Source: Escherichia coli
Lineage (GTDB): Bacteria; Pseudomonadota; Gammaproteobacteria; Enterobacterales; Enterobacteriaceae
DNA length: 64,000 nucleotides
Reading direction: 5' to 3' (one strand)
NCBI RefSeq assembly: GCF_024298765.1
Contig: NZ_CP101212.1
The notes beneath the pieces were generated by a model. That model was not told the origin of the DNA. It saw nothing but the letters and a program-made list of their open reading frames with translations, and did no database searches. Shown one piece after another: positions 13,878-24,915 of this stretch (its first letter is position 1; each line of letters starts with the position of its first letter). The position numbers and the translations under genes are program-made.

Positions 13878-15814
13878 AAAAACTTATTGAGTTAAAAGGG
13901 GTTAGCCGAACTTATGGCAACGGAGATCAAACGCGGACCGTCCTGAAAAATGTCGATTTGACAATCGTTGCTGGAGAAATGGTGGCAATCATTGGAGCCT
14001 CTGGCTCAGGCAAATCAACCTTAATGAACATAATGGGTTGCCTTGACGTACCCAATAGAGGTGATTACTACATCGACGGACAAAATGCCGCCTGTCTTTC
14101 ACCCGATGAGCTGGCTAGAGTGCGCCGGGAACACATTGGCTTTATATTCCAGCGCTACCATTTGATACCTGATCTTAGCGCACTTGGTAACGTGGAGATC
14201 CCGGCCATTTACGCCAACAGCGAACGCGACAGCCGTCGGCAACGTGCAACGGCGTTGCTGGGCAGACTGGGACTGGAAGGACGTGAGCATCATAAACCTT
14301 GCGAACTTTCAGGCGGTCAGCAGCAACGCGTCAGTATTGCCCGAGCACTGATCAACGGTGGAAAGATAATTTTGGCGGATGAGCCAACTGGTGCTCTGGA
14401 TTCGCAATCCGGGCAAGAAGTGTTAGCCATTCTGAATGAACTTAATCGACGTGGTCATACTGTAGTAATGGTGACCCACGATATGAAGGTCGCCCGGCAC
14501 GCAAAGCGAATCATTGAGCTGTGTGATGGCGAAATCATCGCTGATAGTGGAGGTTGCGTATCTGCGACGGAAACACTACCAAAAACCAACAGAATCCGGC
14601 AAAGCTATTGGAAAACACTGCTCGATCGAACGCGTGAATCGATGCAAATGGCGCTAAAAGCGATGAAGACGCATCGCTTACGCACCACGCTTACCATGAT
14701 CGGGATTGTTTTTGGTATCGCCTCCGTTGTCACTGTTGTGGCATTGGGTGAAGGAGCCAGGCAAGAAACACTGGAAGAGATTAAAAGTCTGGGGACAAAC
14801 GTGGTCAGCATTTATCCCGGGCAGGATTTGTTCGATGACAGCATTGAGAGTATTAGAACATTGGTACCTGCTGACGCAAATGCACTGGCGAAGCAAGGGT
14901 TTATCGATAGCGTCAGCCCGGAAGTTAGCGCTTCAGACAACATTCGTTTTCTGGGTAAATCTGCGATAGCGTCCATTAACGGCGTTGGGCGGGAACATTT
15001 CCGGGTAAAAGGTATTGAGTTGTTGCAAGGGACTACTTTTAGAGACGATCGCAACGCTCTACAGGAAGTTATTATCGATGAGAATACTCGTAAGGCCATT
15101 TTCGACAACACAGGGTTACAGGCTCTGGGGCAAATAGTCTTTCTTGGTTCTGTACCAGCACGAGTGGTTGGCATCGCTAAAAGTAACAACCGTAGTGATG
15201 CATCAAATCGCATTACTGTGTGGATGCCTTACAGCACGGTGATGTACCGTATTGTGGGTAAACCAGTTCTGACCGGTATTAGCGTCAGGCTAAAAGACAA
15301 TGTGGATAACGAGGCTGCAATCAGCGCTATCTCCCAACTATTAACCCGGCGTCACGGCATAAAAGACTTCCAGCTTTATAACTTTGAACAAATAAGAAAG
15401 TCTATCGAACACACCTCAATGACCTTCAGTATTTTAATTCTTATGGTCGCATGTATCTCACTAATGATCGGCAGTATCGGGGTGATGAACATCATGTTGA
15501 TTTCTGTAACGGAACGAACTCATGAAATTGGCGTACGAATGGCGGTTGGCGCGAGACGCAGCGACATTATGCAACAGTTTATTATTGAGGCCGTATTGGT
15601 TTGCCTGATTGGTGGCGCACTCGGTATTGCACTGTCGTATATCACAGGTGCGCTCTTTAACGCTCTGGCGGACGGGATATTCGCAGCTATATATTCGTGG
15701 CAGGCTGCTGTTGCTGCATTTTTTTGCTCAACCTTAATTGGCATAATCTTCGGGTATCTCCCAGCCCGCAAGGCAGCAAGGATGGACCCGGTTATTTCAC
15801 TGGCCAGCGAATAA
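13874..15814 (+). CDS. etsB: MacB-type ABC transporter, ATPase plus permease
   Basis: 646 aa; Walker A GASGSGKST, ABC signature LSGGQQQR, C-terminal FtsX-like permease. Confidence 0.8.
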   Translation: MKKLIELKGVSRTYGNGDQTRTVLKNVDLTIVAGEMVAIIGASGSGKSTLMNIMGCLDVPNRGDYYIDGQNAACLSPDELARVRREHIGFIFQRYHLIPDLSALGNVEIPAIYANSERDSRRQRATALLGRLGLEGREHHKPCELSGGQQQRVSIARALINGGKIILADEPTGALDSQSGQEVLAILNELNRRGHTVVMVTHDMKVARHAKRIIELCDGEIIADSGGCVSATETLPKTNRIRQSYWKTLLDRTRESMQMALKAMKTHRLRTTLTMIGIVFGIASVVTVVALGEGARQETLEEIKSLGTNVVSIYPGQDLFDDSIESIRTLVPADANALAKQGFIDSVSPEVSASDNIRFLGKSAIASINGVGREHFRVKGIELLQGTTFRDDRNALQEVIIDENTRKAIFDNTGLQALGQIVFLGSVPARVVGIAKSNNRSDASNRITVWMPYSTVMYRIVGKPVLTGISVRLKDNVDNEAAISAISQLLTRRHGIKDFQLYNFEQIRKSIEHTSMTFSILILMVACISLMIGSIGVMNIMLISVTERTHEIGVRMAVGARRSDIMQQFIIEAVLVCLIGGALGIALSYITGALFNALADGIFAAIYSWQAAVAAFFCSTLIGIIFGYLPARKAARMDPVISLASE

Positions 15815-15817
15815 TAT

Positions 15818-17188
15818 ATGAAAATTTTATCATCGTTGACTTTATGCCTTATCACCGCACTCTGTTCAGGTTGCACAAACGTGCTGAAAAGTGACTATCG
15901 CGCTCCCGAAGTGAACTATCCCATCAACTGGACCAAGGGCGATGTGGACGGAAATACATCCCCGTTTGACTGGGAAGAATTTAACGATCCTAATCTCGAT
16001 AACTGGCTTCACCTGGTGATGACAAGTAATAACGACATAGCTATAGCTGCACTGCGGATACATCGGGCGCAGCTGGATGCGGAAAGAACAGGTATCACCA
16101 ATACTCCTGCACTAAAGGCGGCACTGAGTATGGACGGAAAAAAACAGCTGAATAACTCGTCCGGCTGGGCAAAAAGCGGTTCTGCCAGCCTTGGCACCAG
16201 CTATGAGCTGGATCTCTGGGGAAAAATTGCCCGTCAGCGTGATGTTGCTGAGTGGGCAGTCCATGCCAGTGAAGAAGATTTTCGCTCCGCGCGCCTGATG
16301 CTGCTTTCAGAGGCCAGCAATAATTACTGGCGTATCGGTTTTGTAAATCAACAAATTACCACCCTCCAGCAGAGTATTGACTATGCAAAAGAGACGCTGC
16401 GTCTGGCCGAGGTTCGCTATCGTGCAGGAAATATCTCGTCGCTGGATGTGATTGACGCGCAGCAAAACCTGCTCACGCAAGAGAACCAGCTTACAGGGCT
16501 ACAACGAGAACATTCACAGCTACTCAATCAGCAGGCCGTTTTGCTCGGCACCGTGCCCGGTTGCCAGATAGTCGAGCCCACAACGCTGCCAAAAGGAAGC
16601 CTGCCTAAGGTCAATGCGAATATTCCTGCCAGCATACTGATGCGCCGGCCTGACATAAGTGCTAAAGAGTGGCAGTTGCGTGAGGCGCTAGCTACGGTTG
16701 ATATCAAGCGTAGCGAATATTACCCCACCTTCAACCTGACAGGCGCTTTGGGTACCAGCAGCGCTTCGCTACTGGCATTACTGCATAATCCGGTCGGTTC
16801 CGTAGGCGCTAACCTGACGCTACCGTTCCTGGAGTGGCGACAGCGGGACATAGAGGTAAAAATTGCCCGTAACGATTACGAACAGCGAGTGCTGGAGTTT
16901 AAACAGCTACTTTATAAGGCAATGAGCAGTATAGAGGACGCGCTTTCATTTCGTAACCAGTTGCTGCTTCAGGAGACAAGACTCAGGGAAGAACTGGAAC
17001 TTGCACGTAAGTCAGAGTGGTTAAACGAAGTTCGTTACCGGCATGGTGCAGTACGTATTTCATTCTGGCTTGATGCTCAGGAAAAACGTCGTCAGGCGGA
17101 GCTGCGACTGGATGAAAACCGCTTCAATCAGTTGCAGAATCTAGCAAAAATTTATCTTGAGTTTGGCGGGGCATCAACCTTTCCTTAA
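15818..17188 (+). CDS. etsC: TolC/NodT-family outer-membrane efflux lipoprotein
   Basis: 456 aa; lipobox LCSGC; third gene of the tripartite set. Confidence 0.8.
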   Translation: MKILSSLTLCLITALCSGCTNVLKSDYRAPEVNYPINWTKGDVDGNTSPFDWEEFNDPNLDNWLHLVMTSNNDIAIAALRIHRAQLDAERTGITNTPALKAALSMDGKKQLNNSSGWAKSGSASLGTSYELDLWGKIARQRDVAEWAVHASEEDFRSARLMLLSEASNNYWRIGFVNQQITTLQQSIDYAKETLRLAEVRYRAGNISSLDVIDAQQNLLTQENQLTGLQREHSQLLNQQAVLLGTVPGCQIVEPTTLPKGSLPKVNANIPASILMRRPDISAKEWQLREALATVDIKRSEYYPTFNLTGALGTSSASLLALLHNPVGSVGANLTLPFLEWRQRDIEVKIARNDYEQRVLEFKQLLYKAMSSIEDALSFRNQLLLQETRLREELELARKSEWLNEVRYRHGAVRISFWLDAQEKRRQAELRLDENRFNQLQNLAKIYLEFGGASTFP

Positions 17189-17499
17189 GTCTAATTGGGG
17201 ACAACCAGGAGCAATAAGGAGTGAAAAATAGCCACAGCTGAAAACACCATAGCCATTGACATTTGAGCTTTACCTGCTCTTGAAAACAAAAAATCACTGT
17301 TAAGCGCAATGCTATTCACTTCAGCAGAGCAGTATTGCGTGTCACGAGCATGTTTACCATTCTGTGTAAATATCTTTTCTTAAAAGTGATCATCAAAGCA
17401 GTCATCAAACTCGATAAATATCCACCGGCATAGCGTAATGCCGAGCAATTAAGGATCAATTGACCGCTCCTTAAACTGCGGCACTATAACGGCTTCTAC

Positions 17500-17880
17500 A
17501 ACAGGGAGCCGTTTTCTTGTGCATAGAAACCCCCCAGCTAGGCTGGGGGTTCCGGAAAGCTTTCAGCTTTGAGCCAGTTATTAAAACCCCTTTTGATTTA
17601 TTAAAACACCTTGCGGTCTGGCAACTGCAAGTGTCAAACAAGAAATCAAAAGGGGGTCCCAATGGGGAACGAAAAGAGCTTAGCGCACACCCGATGGAAC
17701 TGTAAATATCACATAGTATTTGCGCCAAAATACCGAAGACAGGTGTTCTACAGAGAGAAGCGTAGAGCAATAGGCTGTATTTTGAGAAAGCTGTGTGAGT
17801 GGAAAAGTGTACGGATTCTGGAAGCTGAATGCTGTGCAGATCATATCCATATGCTACAATGTTTGTCAAAGCTCAGTGAA
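17500..17880 (+). mobile_element. IS200 remnant: left-end hairpin and 3'-truncated tnpA (17662..about 17852)
   Basis: aaaccccccagctaggctgggggtt hairpin; translation MGNEKSLAHTRWNCKYHIVFAPKYRR...ECCADHIHML then divergence. Confidence 0.6.
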
Positions 17881-17920
17881 AATGTCTAATCACTGGCTCA
17901 TTATAAATGTCCATATATTG

Positions 17921-17956
17921 AAAAGGCCGCTGCGAAAATCCCTCCCGCAGCGGCCT
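17921..17956 (-). terminator. Rho-independent terminator-like hairpin downstream of the AbiJ-like gene
   Basis: ggccgctgcg...cgcagcggcc stem followed by a T-run on the minus strand. Confidence 0.5.
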
Positions 17957-17984
17957 CTTTAGCATAACGTCATTATGCGAACCA

Positions 17985-18926
17985 TCACTTAATGTTCTTC
18001 TCGCATTTTAAGAGAAATAGTAAATTTGTAGCAGTAAGATGAAGCATATAGCTTACCAATTCTTCCGGAACCTCTTTAATATCAGCTCCTTGCCCATGAC
18101 CTGCATTTTTGTTTCTGATGGTTGGAATTCCTGTTTCCAGCATTGTTTTCAGACTTGTGAACTGGCTTTGTAAATATGCCGGAATTAAATTTTGACTTAA
18201 ACAGCTATTTATTAGTTTTGATGCTGTATCATTAGGACTATATTTCCAGTTATTCTTATCATGTATTGCTTTCATTATACTTTCAAATGATTTCAGACAA
18301 TCATTTAGACATTCTTTATAACGCTTATGCCTGTAATGCTCATGCGCAGCAAGGAATTCATCATTGGCGCCTTCAAACAAGGGTTCTCCACTTAAAAGAA
18401 TCAGGGTTGGCTTTACGACATCAGCATGAATCAATTGAGAGTCTATCCTTATTATCTCTTCAGATTCAAACTGATAACCAACCCCATGTTCTCTAAACCT
18501 TTCATTTAGTTCAATAACTGCATCTCCAGGACTTTGACTTGTTATGTCTTTGAATTCATAATGGTTTTTCGCAACGTGGCTCACTAGTATCTGGAAGCAT
18601 ATTTCTATGAAATCTAGGCATTTCTCTGTATTTCTCTCTTTAAGGAAAAAGTCGACAAGAGCGTCAAAGTCATTCTTTGCAAATTCCTTCAAAGAAAAAA
18701 CACCATATTCCTTAGAAAGTATCTCATGGATATATGCATATACTTTGTCAGCTTCATTTCTATACGATGTGTAGCGTTCATTAGAAGAGGGGAAGCCGAT
18801 AGAATCAGTTATTATTTTAATAATTTGCACCCTGAGTGCATGTGGAATATTGTTATATTGATATACGTCATTTACTTCGCCACGAATTTTTCTTTGTCTC
18901 TTAGAATAAATATTAATAATTGCCAT
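17985..18926 (-). CDS. HEPN-domain protein, AbiJ-like (putative single-gene abortive-infection/defence protein)
   Basis: 313 aa, visibly AT-rich; C-terminal R-x5-H motif (RNKNAGH) of HEPN type; family assignment is from memory, not a search. Confidence 0.4.
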   Translation of the reverse strand: MAIINIYSKRQRKIRGEVNDVYQYNNIPHALRVQIIKIITDSIGFPSSNERYTSYRNEADKVYAYIHEILSKEYGVFSLKEFAKNDFDALVDFFLKERNTEKCLDFIEICFQILVSHVAKNHYEFKDITSQSPGDAVIELNERFREHGVGYQFESEEIIRIDSQLIHADVVKPTLILLSGEPLFEGANDEFLAAHEHYRHKRYKECLNDCLKSFESIMKAIHDKNNWKYSPNDTASKLINSCLSQNLIPAYLQSQFTSLKTMLETGIPTIRNKNAGHGQGADIKEVPEELVSYMLHLTATNLLFLLKCEKNIK

Positions 18927-19160
18927 GAAATAGCCTCAAGATTTTTTTACATGCTGTTCTGTGATACTTGCTGTTTGGCTCTTTGCACCGCGAAGCGGTT
19001 CGGGGTTCTGTGACACCCGAATTTTACCTCGGTTTCCTTTGTATATAATATCATTGAAGTTATTTGCATTTCTCAGAAATCTTCTCTGGCTTTGATTGCA
19101 ATAGCCGAAAGATAGCGCACACATCGCCGTTGGTCAGTTAGTACGAGGTTTCCGCCAAGT

Positions 19161-20550
19161 TCACCTTTTACCAAAGATGGCCTCAGAGCTTCCCTGAAGC
19201 TTTATCATGGCTTCAAGTAGGTCATCTTCGTTCAGTGAGCGCTGAGATTTGTTGATGCTAGGGGCGTGCCGTCTGCGGGAAGGCTCATCACCAGAACAAG
19301 GTAACGATTGTGAGCGATTATTGTCCCGTTTTCTCTGGACCTGACGGGCAACATCCAACACATGGCCAAGTCTCTTGTTATCTACAATGGCGACGGGATC
19401 AACCTCAGAAAGCCGGTCATAGGTGGAGTAGGGCAGCAGCACGCCATTTAGTCGCAGCTCCTTATGTCCGTCAGGATAATGCCAGACATCAATATACTTG
19501 CCGATGGCTCTTCGACTGTACTCGTTGTCCTCAATCAGATAGAGCATTTTATCGTATTGTACAGTCAGATTTTTTGATACCCGGCGAGGCTCTCGCTAGG
19601 TAAATTCTGCATCAAGGTCATCGTCTAATGCCAGCGGCCGGTGCGCGTTAAAATCATGCAAGGGTTCTTTGGCAAAGCGCCGGTTATAATCCTTCTGCAA
19701 ATGCATTGGCCGCTTCTATTGTACAGATCCCCTTAAGCCTGAGCTCCTTAACGAGTCGGTCCTGAAGTGTCAAATGAGCACGTTCAACGCGGCCTTTTGC
19801 CTGGCTGGTTTCAGCACACAAAGGAGTAATATTAAGGCAGCGCATGGCCCTGGCAAACTGGGTTTCGCCGGGGCCGGTGGTGGCGTGCTTATTATTGACT
19901 CTGAATACGCTGGCTTTATCGCTGTAGAGGATCATCGGTTTACCGTATTTCTCGATATAGCCACGTGTAGCTTCAAAATAGGTAAATGTGGACTCAGATT
20001 TCACAAACAGCAGGTGCATCAGGCGACTGGTGGCATCGTCAACATAGACCAGGGCAGAACAGGGTCGCCCCCGGTTTTCAAACCAGTGGTGGTCGCAGCC
20101 ATCAATTTGTATCAGCTCGCCAGTACAAGGACGCCGGTAACGAGGCTGATGAATTTTCGGTGCGCGTTGTCTGCGGGGAATCCAGAGTCCGGCCTTTATC
20201 ATGAGACGTCGGATGGTTTCCTTTCCAAGGACCAGACCGTGAACTTCCTCCAGCTTTTCCCGCGCTAGCGTGGGGCCAAAATCACGGTAGTGCTCCCGGA
20301 TTATACTGAGTGCCTGATCTGTCAGTGACGCTGGCAACAGACGGTTACCAGTGCGGCCACGACTCTGGTTGTTCATGCCAAGCGGCCCATACTGGCGATA
20401 ACGTTTGAGCAGACGGCTGCAATGACGTGGCGTGATGCCCAGCATTTCGGCAGCCTGTCCAGGACGGATATTGCGATCGATGACATCCTGAAGGATTTTG
20501 AGGCGATTGATTTCTTTCACGGTGAACATTCCGGCGTCATTTATAGCCAT
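19161..20550 (-). pseudogene. DDE (rve-core) transposase with N-terminal HTH, split into two ORFs
   Basis: ORFs 19684..20550 (HTH plus DGCDHHW...YSDKASVF...KGRVER core) and 19161..19547 (C-terminus) separated by a frame break. Confidence 0.5.
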
Positions 20551-20736
20551 AGAAAACTCCTCATCAGGAAAAAGTGAGTCGTTGTCTAGACATAGGGATC
20601 TGAGAAACTATAGCCTGGACATTCCTAATGAGCCACAAATAGACATTAGCATTGAGCCTCTACAATGTTTGTGCGCACAATCTATCTTATGTTAAATAAC
20701 ATTGAATATTAACTTACTTCATGAAGCTTACTGCTT

Positions 20737-21054
20737 CTATTTCCACTTCTTTTTCTTATTAATCGCTCCCCTAATCCACGCATTCATCTGCTCTACAGGC
20801 TCTAAAATATTTTTTCTGAGTACTGAGCACAAACTGCTCCATAAAAAACAGACCACAAGTTTGGGCATGATACTGATGTAGTCACGTTTTATTGTTTTCA
20901 TGAAGCTCTCTGCTATTCCATTACTCACCGGACTCCGCACCGCCGTGTTCTTCGATTTAAGTCCCAACATCCGAGCGAACTGGCGTGTTTCATTAACCCG
21001 GTAGTCAGAGTCAGCGGTCGAAAGACCTCCCAGGTAGCTACTCTGCATACCCAC
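20737..21054 (-). pseudogene. IS2-related orfB 3' fragment
   Basis: [43 protein letters not shown] matches the IS2 InsD region seen intact at 28684..29408. Confidence 0.5.
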
Positions 21055-21186
21055 TATAATGCAACTATTCTCGTGACGTGTGTTTCAGCTCTCCCCCGGC
21101 TATGATACGAGATGGTATGGAGAGCCCTTCTGGGGCCACTGCCTGCACCAGATGCAACAGGAAGCCTGATATGAATGCAATTTCTG

Positions 21187-22380
21187 TCAGGACAGGCGGG
21201 TAACTTTCTGTGGCCATGGATCAGGGAATACTCCACCCGACATCCACCACTGAATTTCTTCTTCAGTCAACAAGCAAAGGGATAAGGCATGTGTAAAATC
21301 ATTAACTTCAGTGGCATTGCCAATGATAGTCAACTGACAGCAGCGATCGCCAAATCGCCCAGAGGCTGTGTCGATGTGTCGCTGTAGCGCTGAACGTTCT
21401 TCACGAGTTAAATTATTGTCAGTATGTTCCAGTACTCCAGCTTTCCAGTAGCCAATGAGCGCCAGACTGATGCTTCCTGCTGACTGATTCCAGAGCAGGG
21501 CAAGATCATCTCTCCCGGGGAGCCAAAAAAAACCTTTACTGCGATAAACGCCCATGCCCATAAAGCGGTGACAGGTATCCCATAATCTTTGCGGATGGAA
21601 TGGCCTGTCGTCCCTGATGACGCGCCATATAAGTTCCTCATTGTTGCACGGAGTATCCATGTTTCCTACAAGTGCTTCCAGTTCACTGATGAGTAACTCA
21701 ACACGGTCAAAATTGTAGTCCGGGATCGCCAGTAATGTGCTCAGTTCAATATTTCCCCATGATACCGCGAGCACATCCACGGAGGGGTTAAGTGGGTGTA
21801 TGGCTTTTGCCACAGCGGAGATAATGTCAAAGGGCAGGCGGTCATTTCTGGTCAGCAGCAGCCTGTTGCAGAACATGATTTGCTCGGCCAGCAAATTCTC
21901 CAGGCCGCGTTTGTTATGCCGGAGATTTTCCTGAAGAGTGGGGATCAGTTTTTTCCCATCATTGTAATCTTCATGGAGCATGACAGTATCAACGAGTGTT
22001 AAAAACGCCTTCAGGCGTACACGTGAATGGCGACGCAGGTATTTGACCAGAGGAAGCGGATGACTGCTTCCGGAGGTTTCAATCAGCATCACATCCGGCT
22101 TGTTGTGATCAAGCAGGTGGTTAATTGCGAGATCCATCTTTTTGAGGCCTGCGGGGCTGCTGATGCTGTCTGCGGTGATACTTACGAAATTATTGTCTTT
22201 TGCATCTACAATATCTGTGTTGGCGATCAGCACGCCGTCCACATCCAGTTCGCTCATGTCATTGACTATGACAGAGACTGAAAGCTGTTTTTCGTGTGCC
22301 TGTATGAGCAGGTTTTTCAGCAGAGTGGTTTTCCCTGCGCCGAGGAAGCCATTGAGAATGATGACAGATGTTGTTTCCAT
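21187..22380 (-). CDS. CobW/COG0523 G3E-family P-loop GTPase (putative metallochaperone), divergent
   Basis: GFLGAGKTTLL Walker A, IETSG motif, CobW-like C-terminal domain; likely start at METTSV (22380) rather than 22494. Confidence 0.7.
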   Translation of the reverse strand: METTSVIILNGFLGAGKTTLLKNLLIQAHEKQLSVSVIVNDMSELDVDGVLIANTDIVDAKDNNFVSITADSISSPAGLKKMDLAINHLLDHNKPDVMLIETSGSSHPLPLVKYLRRHSRVRLKAFLTLVDTVMLHEDYNDGKKLIPTLQENLRHNKRGLENLLAEQIMFCNRLLLTRNDRLPFDIISAVAKAIHPLNPSVDVLAVSWGNIELSTLLAIPDYNFDRVELLISELEALVGNMDTPCNNEELIWRVIRDDRPFHPQRLWDTCHRFMGMGVYRSKGFFWLPGRDDLALLWNQSAGSISLALIGYWKAGVLEHTDNNLTREERSALQRHIDTASGRFGDRCCQLTIIGNATEVNDFTHALSLCLLTEEEIQWWMSGGVFPDPWPQKVTRLS

Positions 22381-23035
22381 ATCAGCAGTACACCAGTTAG
22401 TTAGCGAGGAAGGCGCTTGGTGGTACAAAGAGCATCCGGATTGAATCGCATAACGTCGACGGGAGTTGTTGTCGTTTTTCCTGTGAGGTCTCAACCTGCC
22501 ACAGAACGCACCGGATTTATTGGTATTTAGTCTCCATCAGCATAATTATCACCATTTTTATCTCCGGGGGAAGATTTGTTCTGAACAGGAGTGGGAGGTG
22601 TGACCTCCTGAAAGTAATTACAGATTGCTAGTTGTTGTATTTTTATTCGAATATGTCTCTTCGTATCAGTGATAGCACCTAGATAAAGTATATTCCGGGA
22701 GCGTTATCTGTTCTAGATATCAGAGAGTCAGTCATTTGTAAAAAAGAGAGCTGCATCATTCTATTTTTCCTGTCTATTCACCCTGTTGTCGTATCTAAAA
22801 GACATCCGTTCCGAGGATGTCGGGCACCCGTTCTGTACTAAGATACATAGCTTTTGGGTCTGCACTATTTGGAACCGACAGAAGTCTGTCTGTGATATCC
22901 GCATTTTTCTGTGTGCGATATATTCCGAAAAACTTCAAACCACTTAAAAGAGGTGTTTCCGGAGGATAAGTTCGACCAGGGAATAGTGTTTCCTGGTAAG
23001 TGTGGCGGAGCCAGTTCACCAGGAGTATCTTTCTT

Positions 23036-23072
23036 GGCACTGTTGCAAAGTTAGCGATGAGGCAGCCTTTTG
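23036..23072. mobile_element. 37-bp IS26 end fragment abutting the complete IS26
   Basis: ggcactgttgcaaagttagcgatgaggcagcctttt is the inverted IS26 end sequence. Confidence 0.55.
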
Positions 23073-23892
23073 GGCACTGTTGCAAATAGTCGGTGGTGAT
23101 AAACTTATCATCCCCTTTTGCTGATGGAGCTGCACATGAACCCATTCAAAGGCCGGCATTTTCAGCGTGACATCATTCTGTGGGCCGTACGCTGGTACTG
23201 CAAATACGGCATCAGTTACCGTGAGCTGCAGGAGATGCTGGCTGAACGCGGAGTGAATGTCGATCACTCCACGATTTACCGCTGGGTTCAGCGTTATGCG
23301 CCTGAAATGGAAAAACGGCTGCGCTGGTACTGGCGTAACCCTTCCGATCTTTGCCCGTGGCACATGGATGAAACCTACGTGAAGGTCAATGGCCGCTGGG
23401 CGTATCTGTACCGGGCCGTCGACAGCCGGGGCCGCACTGTCGATTTTTATCTCTCCTCCCGTCGTAACAGCAAAGCTGCATACCGGTTTCTGGGTAAAAT
23501 CCTCAACAACGTGAAGAAGTGGCAGATCCCGCGATTCATCAACACGGATAAAGCGCCCGCCTATGGTCGCGCGCTTGCTCTGCTCAAACGCGAAGGCCGG
23601 TGCCCGTCTGACGTTGAACACCGACAGATTAAGTACCGGAACAACGTGATTGAATGCGATCATGGCAAACTGAAACGGATAATCGGCGCCACGCTGGGAT
23701 TTAAATCCATGAAGACGGCTTACGCCACCATCAAAGGTATTGAGGTGATGCGTGCACTACGCAAAGGCCAGGCCTCAGCATTTTATTATGGTGATCCCCT
23801 GGGCGAAATGCGCCTGGTAAGCAGAGTTTTTGAAATGTAAGGCCTTTGAATAAGACAAAAGGCTGCCTCATCGCTAACTTTGCAACAGTGCC
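23073..23892 (+). mobile_element. IS26 (820 bp) with 14-bp terminal repeats GGCACTGTTGCAAA
   Basis: Both terminal repeats and full transposase read directly. Confidence 0.9.
23136..23840 (+). CDS. tnpA: IS26 transposase
   Basis: 234 aa from MNPFKGRHFQRDIILWAV...; identical protein encoded at 27322..28026. Confidence 0.9.
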   Translation: MNPFKGRHFQRDIILWAVRWYCKYGISYRELQEMLAERGVNVDHSTIYRWVQRYAPEMEKRLRWYWRNPSDLCPWHMDETYVKVNGRWAYLYRAVDSRGRTVDFYLSSRRNSKAAYRFLGKILNNVKKWQIPRFINTDKAPAYGRALALLKREGRCPSDVEHRQIKYRNNVIECDHGKLKRIIGATLGFKSMKTAYATIKGIEVMRALRKGQASAFYYGDPLGEMRLVSRVFEM

Positions 23893-23996
23893 CATCTAAC
23901 GCATAGTTGAGCGGCGGGCGCAGCCCGTCCGCTTGAACGCCGAGTTAGGCATCAGATGCCCTCGGCGCGGGTCGATGCACTTTTCGCACATGCCGC

Positions 23997-24785
23997 TCAA
24001 CGCAAGATTCTCTCAATCGTTGCTTTGGCATATCGAACGAACGCGGCCGTCTCTTCGACGCGCATTGCTAGGTCGTCGTCCTCGCTACCCAGGTACGCCG
24101 CGCGTGCCTTGCAGATGAGGGGCCGATGCTCGGCAGGCAAACGCTCCGATACCCATGCGGCAGCAACGTCCTTAGGAGCAATGAGACCAGTTGAAGCGCT
24201 GTACCAAATGCGAGCAAGAGCAAGAACGACGTTCCGCTCGTCACCCTTCCAATCCGACTCTGCATTCCACTGGGCAATAGTGTCGAAAAGCGCCTTGGAG
24301 AAATGCTCCTTCGGCACCGGCTCGAAAAACGTGGCTGCGGATGGGCCTAGAAGCGCAAGGCTGTGTTGCCTCGCCTTGGTCAGCAAAATCGCAAGATCGT
24401 GATCCAGAACGGCAGGCTCGAACGTTCCGGAAAGGATGTCGTGGCGGAGCCACTCACCGAACTGAAGCTCACGCCGCGCCGGATAGCGCCAAGGCACTAC
24501 TTCGCTTCGAGCGACAACAGTTAGCTCCAGCGGTCGCCATGTTCCGCCATCGCCTGGCGGTGATGAGACTTTCAGCAAATCGAGCATTAGCGCCTGCCGG
24601 AGCGAATCGTTAGGTGCGGCGCTGACGGTCACGAGCAAGTCTATGTCGCTGTCCGGCTTCAGCCCTCCATCGATCGCAGATCCGAACAGGTGGATTGTGT
24701 CCAGTGTCGCAGCCAGATGGCGCTCGATCACCGCGCGAGCGTGGGACAGCTGCTTGAAAACTTGTGCAGGGAAAAATTCACCCAT
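23997..24785 (-). CDS. aadA5: Aminoglycoside (3'') adenylyltransferase, AadA5-like cassette
   Basis: 262 aa nucleotidyltransferase with GS...DGGLKP..SDIDLL motif; second cassette after dfrA17. Confidence 0.8.
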   Translation of the reverse strand: MGEFFPAQVFKQLSHARAVIERHLAATLDTIHLFGSAIDGGLKPDSDIDLLVTVSAAPNDSLRQALMLDLLKVSSPPGDGGTWRPLELTVVARSEVVPWRYPARRELQFGEWLRHDILSGTFEPAVLDHDLAILLTKARQHSLALLGPSAATFFEPVPKEHFSKALFDTIAQWNAESDWKGDERNVVLALARIWYSASTGLIAPKDVAAAWVSERLPAEHRPLICKARAAYLGSEDDDLAMRVEETAAFVRYAKATIERILR

Positions 24786-24915
24786 GATGCCTAACGTTAA
24801 GTTCAGCGGCAGCTTTTAAGTTGCGGCTTTGTGGAATACTTTTGCGCAGCAAAACCACAAAGACGCGACTTAAAAGCTGTCCAAGGAGCGAAGCGACTGG
24901 TGCTGCAACGCATTG

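Noticed and set aside
22660-22690. tatcagtgatagca resembling half of a tet operator
   Set aside because: Only a partial match with no adjacent tetR or tetA; probably chance.
22795-23145. 116-aa minus-strand ORF ending next to IS26
   Set aside because: The reading frame runs across the IS26 end and stub, so the N-terminal part is IS-derived; at best a truncated gene remnant.
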